64,000 bases of DNA, taken from Acidimicrobiia bacterium. GTDB taxonomy: Bacteria; Acidobacteriota; Vicinamibacteria; Vicinamibacterales; UBA2999. The notes under the pieces were generated by a model. The model had not been told where the DNA came from. It worked only from the letters and a program-made list of their open reading frames with translations, and did no database searches. The translations under genes and the position numbers were made by a program. Every line of letters begins with the position of its first letter. Position 1 is the stretch's first letter. The DNA is taken from assembly GCA_016871275.1 (NCBI GenBank), contig VFZG01000001.1, positions 42,334 to 106,333 of the forward strand. The letters run 5' to 3'. Positions 59,811 through 64,000 of this stretch are shown here, one piece after another.

Positions 59811-60246
59811 GCGCATCTCGTCTGACGCGGATCTCGACGCGATCCTCGCCTTGGAAGAAGCCTCGTTCAACAACCCGACGACCCGCGAATGGTACGAGGG
59901 GGAGTTGAAGCGTCCGGACGTCTGCTTCATCTACGTGCTGCGGGCGCCCGCGCACCGGGTTGCGGCGTTTTGCGCCTTCTGGCTGATTGCCGAACAGGCG
60001 CACATCAACAACCTCGCGGTCCTGCCGGAGCTCCGCGGTCAGGGTCTCGGTACCCAACTGCTGGCCGCCATCGTCGATGAGGCGGCACATCGTGGGGCGT
60101 CGGAAGTGACGCTCGAGGTTCGCGAGTCGAACACGGCCGCTCTTCGGTTGTATGCCAAAGCCGGCTTCGAGCGGGCCGGGGTGCGGAAGAACTACTACAC
60201 GAGTCCGGTCGAGGACGCCTTCATCCTCAGCCGTAAGAGCAGATAG
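59800..60246 (+). CDS. rimI: Ribosomal-protein-alanine N-acetyltransferase (GNAT)
   Basis: GNAT motif A LAVLPELRGQGLGTQLL and TLEVRESNTAALRLYAKAGF. Overlaps tsaB by 11 nt. Confidence 0.85.
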   Translation: MAVERISSDADLDAILALEEASFNNPTTREWYEGELKRPDVCFIYVLRAPAHRVAAFCAFWLIAEQAHINNLAVLPELRGQGLGTQLLAAIVDEAAHRGASEVTLEVRESNTAALRLYAKAGFERAGVRKNYYTSPVEDAFILSRKSR

Positions 60247-60345
60247 CGAAAGATCAGGGGGATCCCTCGGATGGCAGTTGTGTTACAGTCCGGCGCATAG
60301 GGACGGCGTCATACCGCGTCGGATCCCGGAAGGGAGGCGGAAACG

Positions 60346-60585
60346 ATGGCTGAGGATTTGAAACACCTCCTCATCGAGACCAACCACGAGTACCGCGAGT
60401 TGGCCTCCATGCACCACTCACTCGATAGTCGCCTGCACGAGCTTGAAGCCAAGCAGTACCTGTCAGACGCCGAACAATTCGAAGAAGTCAGCCTCAAGAA
60501 GCGAAAACTCCAGTGTAAGGACCGGATGGAAACGATCCTGCGGGAGCACCGGACGCACGGTTCGCCCAGCGGCCTGTCGGCGTAA
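60346..60585 (+). CDS. DUF465 (YdcH-like) protein
   Basis: 79 aa: HEYRELASMHHSLDSRLHELE...LKKRKLQCKDRMETIL. GGGAGG lies 8 nt upstream of the ATG. Confidence 0.7.
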   Translation: MAEDLKHLLIETNHEYRELASMHHSLDSRLHELEAKQYLSDAEQFEEVSLKKRKLQCKDRMETILREHRTHGSPSGLSA

Positions 60586-60595
60586 CACATTTCCC

Positions 60596-60622
60596 AAAGG
60601 GCATCCACGCCGGATGCCCTTT
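60596..60622 (+). terminator. Intrinsic terminator after the DUF465 gene
   Basis: AAAGGGCATCC-ACGCC-GGATGCCCTTT, an 11-bp stem, followed by a T-containing tract. Confidence 0.6.
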
Positions 60623-60676
60623 GCACTTTCCCGCCTTCGCCAGGGCTGCGGCCAGGCAAGCAAGTATCATCAGTAG

Positions 60677-61306
60677 ATGGGCATTGACCGTGCGGGGTGG
60701 CCGTTCGTCCTGGTCGCCGTCGCCGTGGCAGGTGTCGTCGGACTGTGGTTGGGGCGGGCGTGGTCGGTGCCATTTCTCATTCTCGCCGCGTTTTTCCTGT
60801 TCTTTTTTCGGGATCCGGATCGGCATCCGCCGGCCGGAGATAACCTGGTAGTGTCCCCAGCCGACGCTCGGGTCATGGTCATCGGCACCGTGCCCTGGAA
60901 TGGCGCACCGGCCGGGGACTGGCAGGTGATCAGCATGTTCCTGTCGCCGCTGGACGTCCACGTGAACCGCACGCCGGTGGCCGGACGGGTGACACGGGTG
61001 GAGTATCATCCGGGCAGGTTTCTGCCCGCGTACCGGACCGAGGCCGGCGAACTGAACGAATGGACCGAAGTCTGGTTCGATCGTCCCGGCGGCCCGGTGG
61101 TCGTTCGGCAAATCGTCGGCGTGCTGGCGCGGCGCATCGTGTGCCGCCTGACGGAAGGCGATACCGTCGCCGCCGGCGATCGATTCGGCGTCATGAAATT
61201 CGGGTCGCGGATTGATTTGTATCTGCCGCGCACGGCGACGATCACGGTGAAGCCGGGTGACAAGGTCATCGGCGGAGAAACCAAGCTCGCAACGTTGGCA
61301 CCATGA
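60677..61306 (+). CDS. psd: Phosphatidylserine decarboxylase proenzyme (short, archaetidylserine-type)
   Basis: FFRDPDR, LSPLDVHVNR, and self-cleavage site MKFGSRIDL. Confidence 0.9.
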   Translation: MGIDRAGWPFVLVAVAVAGVVGLWLGRAWSVPFLILAAFFLFFFRDPDRHPPAGDNLVVSPADARVMVIGTVPWNGAPAGDWQVISMFLSPLDVHVNRTPVAGRVTRVEYHPGRFLPAYRTEAGELNEWTEVWFDRPGGPVVVRQIVGVLARRIVCRLTEGDTVAAGDRFGVMKFGSRIDLYLPRTATITVKPGDKVIGGETKLATLAP

Positions 61307-62130
61307 GCAACCAGCAGAAACCGGACAATCTCTTCCGGCTCCACACACCGGCACGTGGCCACGATCGGCGTGGCATCCGGCGCGGTGTGTCGCTGCTGCC
61401 CAGCCTGTTCACGCTCGCGAACCTGTTCTGCGGCTGGGTCTGCGTGGTGCACGCCATGCGTGGCGAGGTTGCCACCGCCGCGCCGCTGATCGGCATTGCC
61501 ATCGTGCTCGACATGCTCGATGGCCGCATCGCGCGGATGACCGGCACGACCAGCGATTTTGGCGTGCAGCTCGATTCCCTCGCGGACTTGATCTCGTTCG
61601 GCATGGCGCCCGCCGTGCTGGCGTTCCAGTGGGGACTGGCTCCGCTCGGCCGCATGGGATGGGCCGTCGGCTTCATGTATCTGACCGCCACGGCGCTGCG
61701 CCTGGCGCGCTTCAACATCCAGGTCAACACCGACAAGCGCTACTTCATCGGTCTGCCGAGCCCAGCGGCGGCCGGCCTGGTCGCGGCAACGGTCTTCTAT
61801 TTCCCTGAGGGCCTGCAGGCGAAGCCGCAGGCGTGGCTTGGCTTCGCGATGCTGGTGGTGCTGGCGCTGCTGATGGTCAGCACCATCCGCTTCCAGAGTT
61901 TCAAGACCTTCGATCTCGGGATGCGGCGCGGCTGGCGCGGGCTGTTCCTGGTCGCCGCCGGCATCGCGTTGATGGTGTCGTATCCGCACGAAGTGCTGAT
62001 CGTGATGGCCTATACCTACTTTGCCTCGGGCTTCATCGGCCAGGCGATGGCACGTTTCGGTGGCCGGAAGGACGCGCCGGACGCCGCCCCCGCGCCGGCC
62101 TCGCAGCGGCGCACCAAAGACGCCAGCTAG
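61303..62130 (+). CDS. pssA: CDP-diacylglycerol--serine O-phosphatidyltransferase
   Basis: CDP-alcohol phosphatidyltransferase motif DMLDGRIARMTGTTSDFGVQLDSLADLISFG. ATGA overlap with psd. Confidence 0.9.
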   Translation: MSNQQKPDNLFRLHTPARGHDRRGIRRGVSLLPSLFTLANLFCGWVCVVHAMRGEVATAAPLIGIAIVLDMLDGRIARMTGTTSDFGVQLDSLADLISFGMAPAVLAFQWGLAPLGRMGWAVGFMYLTATALRLARFNIQVNTDKRYFIGLPSPAAAGLVAATVFYFPEGLQAKPQAWLGFAMLVVLALLMVSTIRFQSFKTFDLGMRRGWRGLFLVAAGIALMVSYPHEVLIVMAYTYFASGFIGQAMARFGGRKDAPDAAPAPASQRRTKDAS

Positions 62131-64000
62131 TCCTGCGGCAACGTCATCGTCACGCTGGTGCCGCGGCCGGGCGATGACGTCACCGTAATCAGGCCGCCAT
62201 TCGCCTCCACATTCCGCTTCGCGATCGTCAGGCCCAATCCCGTGCCAATCGTCTTCGTCGAGAAATACGGCTCGAAGATCTTCGCTATCGCCTGATCGTC
62301 CATGCCGATGCCGGTGTCGCTGACGCGCAGCTGCACCATGCGATCGGGCGCCAGCGCGGCGTCGACCGCCAGCGTGCCGCCAGTGGGCATGGCGTGCAGT
62401 GCGTTCTCGATGACGTTGGTCAGGGCGCGGCCAATCAGCATGCGGTCGATGCGCACGACCGGCAGGCTCGCCGGCACGTGCGTGCTGAGCGCCACGCGGC
62501 CGGCCAGGCCGGTGCGATACGGCTCCACAACCTCCTCCACCAGGCCGGCGAGGCTGGTCTCGACGGGCCGCGGTTCGGGAGAGGTCGCGAAGCTCGAGAA
62601 CTCCGCCGAGATCTGCCGGAGCAGCCGAATCTGTCCGAGGATGTTCGTCACGCACTGGTCAACCACCGGGCCCAGCGGCCGGCCACGATCGCCATGCACG
62701 CGCCGCATGTGCTCGGCGTTGAGCTGGATCGGCGTCAGCGGATTCTTGATGTCGTGCGCCACCTGTCGCGCCATGTCGGCCCAGGCCGCCAGGCGGTTGG
62801 TGCGTGCCAGTTCTGCGCGCTGCTGCTGCAGGTCGCCCGCCATCTGGTTGAACGCATCCACCAGCCGCTGCAATTCATCCGAGGAGGTGGCCAGCACACG
62901 CGCGTCGAGATCACCGCGCGCAATCCGGCGCGTGGCGCGCATGAGTCGATTGACGGGATCGGCGATGCGCTCGGCCATGTAGTAGCCGATGCCGGCGCCG
63001 AGCATGATGAACAGCACCGCCGCGAGCAGCACACGGCGATCGAGCTCTTCGATCTGTGCCTGGGTCTCTTGTTGACGGGAAGCGAGCGGCACCGTCAACA
63101 CCGCCTGGCGACCCTCGAGTTGTACGGGCGTCGCCGCAACCAGGTACTCGAGGCCTCCGGCGCGCTCGCGGCCGACGTGTGACGGCCGCCCGTCGAGCAA
63201 GACCGCCCGATACACCTCGCCGGGCGTGCGGCCGGGCAGCAATCCCGAGGCAAACAGGTTCCGCTCGCTCGAGGCCAGCAGCAGCGGACCGTCGAAGATG
63301 TTGACGTCCTGTCCGACCACCCGGCTCAACCACACGATCAGGTCGTCGGCCACCGCAGCCTGGCCGACCAGCGCCCGCAAGTCCTGGAACACGCGGCTGG
63401 CCACGGTCGCCAGGCGGGTCGCGTTCTGCTCGATCCCGGAGAGCATCACGCCGGCCATGTAGTTGCGCGATACCAGTGCGAGAGCCAGCACCGGCACGAT
63501 GGCGGCCGCGACGAACGCCAGGAACAACTTGCGATAGAAACTGGCCCGCACCTCGGCGAACAGCGCGCGCCCCGATGCCGGCGCGCGGCCGACCATCAGG
63601 TTGAACAACATGTGGCCAAGCACCGCGGTAACGAACACTACGAAGGCCAACGCGAGCAGCTCGGCCTCGGCCACCAGATGGCCAAACAGATCCCGCCGCG
63701 ATGTCATCAGCACCTGGATTGCGCCGCGGTCGTTCAGCACGAAGGCATCCCGTGACTCCGAGCCGCGCGTCATGGTGGTCCAGAACGGCGTGCGCGAGGC
63801 ATTGGCGCGACGAAACGCGTCTTCCGTGAGCGGCGGCGCCTCCTCGGCTGAGCTGTACAGGACACGCCGGCTCCAGCCGTAGACGTACAGCGCCACGTCA
63901 AGGCGCGGCTCGCGCTCCGGCCGCGCCGAACGCATCAACTGCACGTAGGGGCTCTGCGGAGAGAGGAACGACAGGTTGCCGTAATCGAGCATCGAGTGCA
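62127..64000 (-). CDS. NtrY-like sensor histidine kinase (HAMP-HisKA-HATPase); N-terminus probably outside window
   Basis: HAMP domain (RIADPVNRLMRATRRIARGDLD), H-box VAHDIKNPLTPIQL, N/G boxes. The frame is open to the last in-frame Met at 63992, close to the window edge. Confidence 0.85.
   Translation of the reverse strand, partial: HSMLDYGNLSFLSPQSPYVQLMRSARPEREPRLDVALYVYGWSRRVLYSSAEEAPPLTEDAFRRANASRTPFWTTMTRGSESRDAFVLNDRGAIQVLMTSRRDLFGHLVAEAELLALAFVVFVTAVLGHMLFNLMVGRAPASGRALFAEVRASFYRKLFLAFVAAAIVPVLALALVSRNYMAGVMLSGIEQNATRLATVASRVFQDLRALVGQAAVADDLIVWLSRVVGQDVNIFDGPLLLASSERNLFASGLLPGRTPGEVYRAVLLDGRPSHVGRERAGGLEYLVAATPVQLEGRQAVLTVPLASRQQETQAQIEELDRRVLLAAVLFIMLGAGIGYYMAERIADPVNRLMRATRRIARGDLDARVLATSSDELQRLVDAFNQMAGDLQQQRAELARTNRLAAWADMARQVAHDIKNPLTPIQLNAEHMRRVHGDRGRPLGPVVDQCVTNILGQIRLLRQISAEFSSFATSPEPRPVETSLAGLVEEVVEPYRTGLAGRVALSTHVPASLPVVRIDRMLIGRALTNVIENALHAMPTGGTLAVDAALAPDRMVQLRVSDTGIGMDDQAIAKIFEPYFSTKTIGTGLGLTIAKRNVEANGGLITVTSSPGRGTSVTMTLPQD

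Overview
High-GC (roughly two-thirds G+C by eye, not computed), gene-dense chromosomal segment with about 60 protein genes and 2 tRNAs. I found no rRNA, CRISPR array, transposase or integrase. Gene content (S46 dipeptidyl peptidase, CarboxypepD_reg/cytochrome c fusion, sortilin/BNR protein, GT39, many ECF sigma/zinc anti-sigma pairs) suggests an Acidobacteriota-like soil bacterium; this is an inference, not a database result. Most of the window is housekeeping: pepA, amidase, ftsK, rnj, rsmA, nth, lexA, recG, rsmD, coaD, rho, clpB, truA, ridA, surE, trkHA, apt, mutS, tsaB, rimI, psd and pssA. Genes are often joined by 4-nt start/stop overlaps (ATGA, GTGA, TTGA). Many long alternative-frame ORFs in the supplied track are high-GC artefacts, and several real genes start well inside their track ORF. 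The parts that deserve a second look are: (1) a WYL/PafBC-like regulator divergent from a possibly leaderless Cys4 micro-protein behind a RecA-NDp-like promoter (29.1-30.5 kb); (2) an hspR-dnaJ-clpB operon with a HAIR-like operator, preceded by a region-2-only ECF sigma still coupled to an intact RsrA-like zinc anti-sigma (25.3-27.3 kb); (3) three apparent gene remnants within 7 kb (an FtsH N-terminal fragment, the truncated sigma, and a TM + M23-peptidase tail); (4) a five-gene periplasmic redox cluster at 37.4-45.2 kb (heme c/PHM-like protein, CarboxypepD_reg-heme c protein, PQQ dehydrogenase, MBL-like protein, PQQ-like propeller), which contains an RBS-sequestering inverted repeat and an 8-nt x3 tandem repeat at a gene start. 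I cannot show that any of these is a new system from sequence alone; each finding lists a decisive check.
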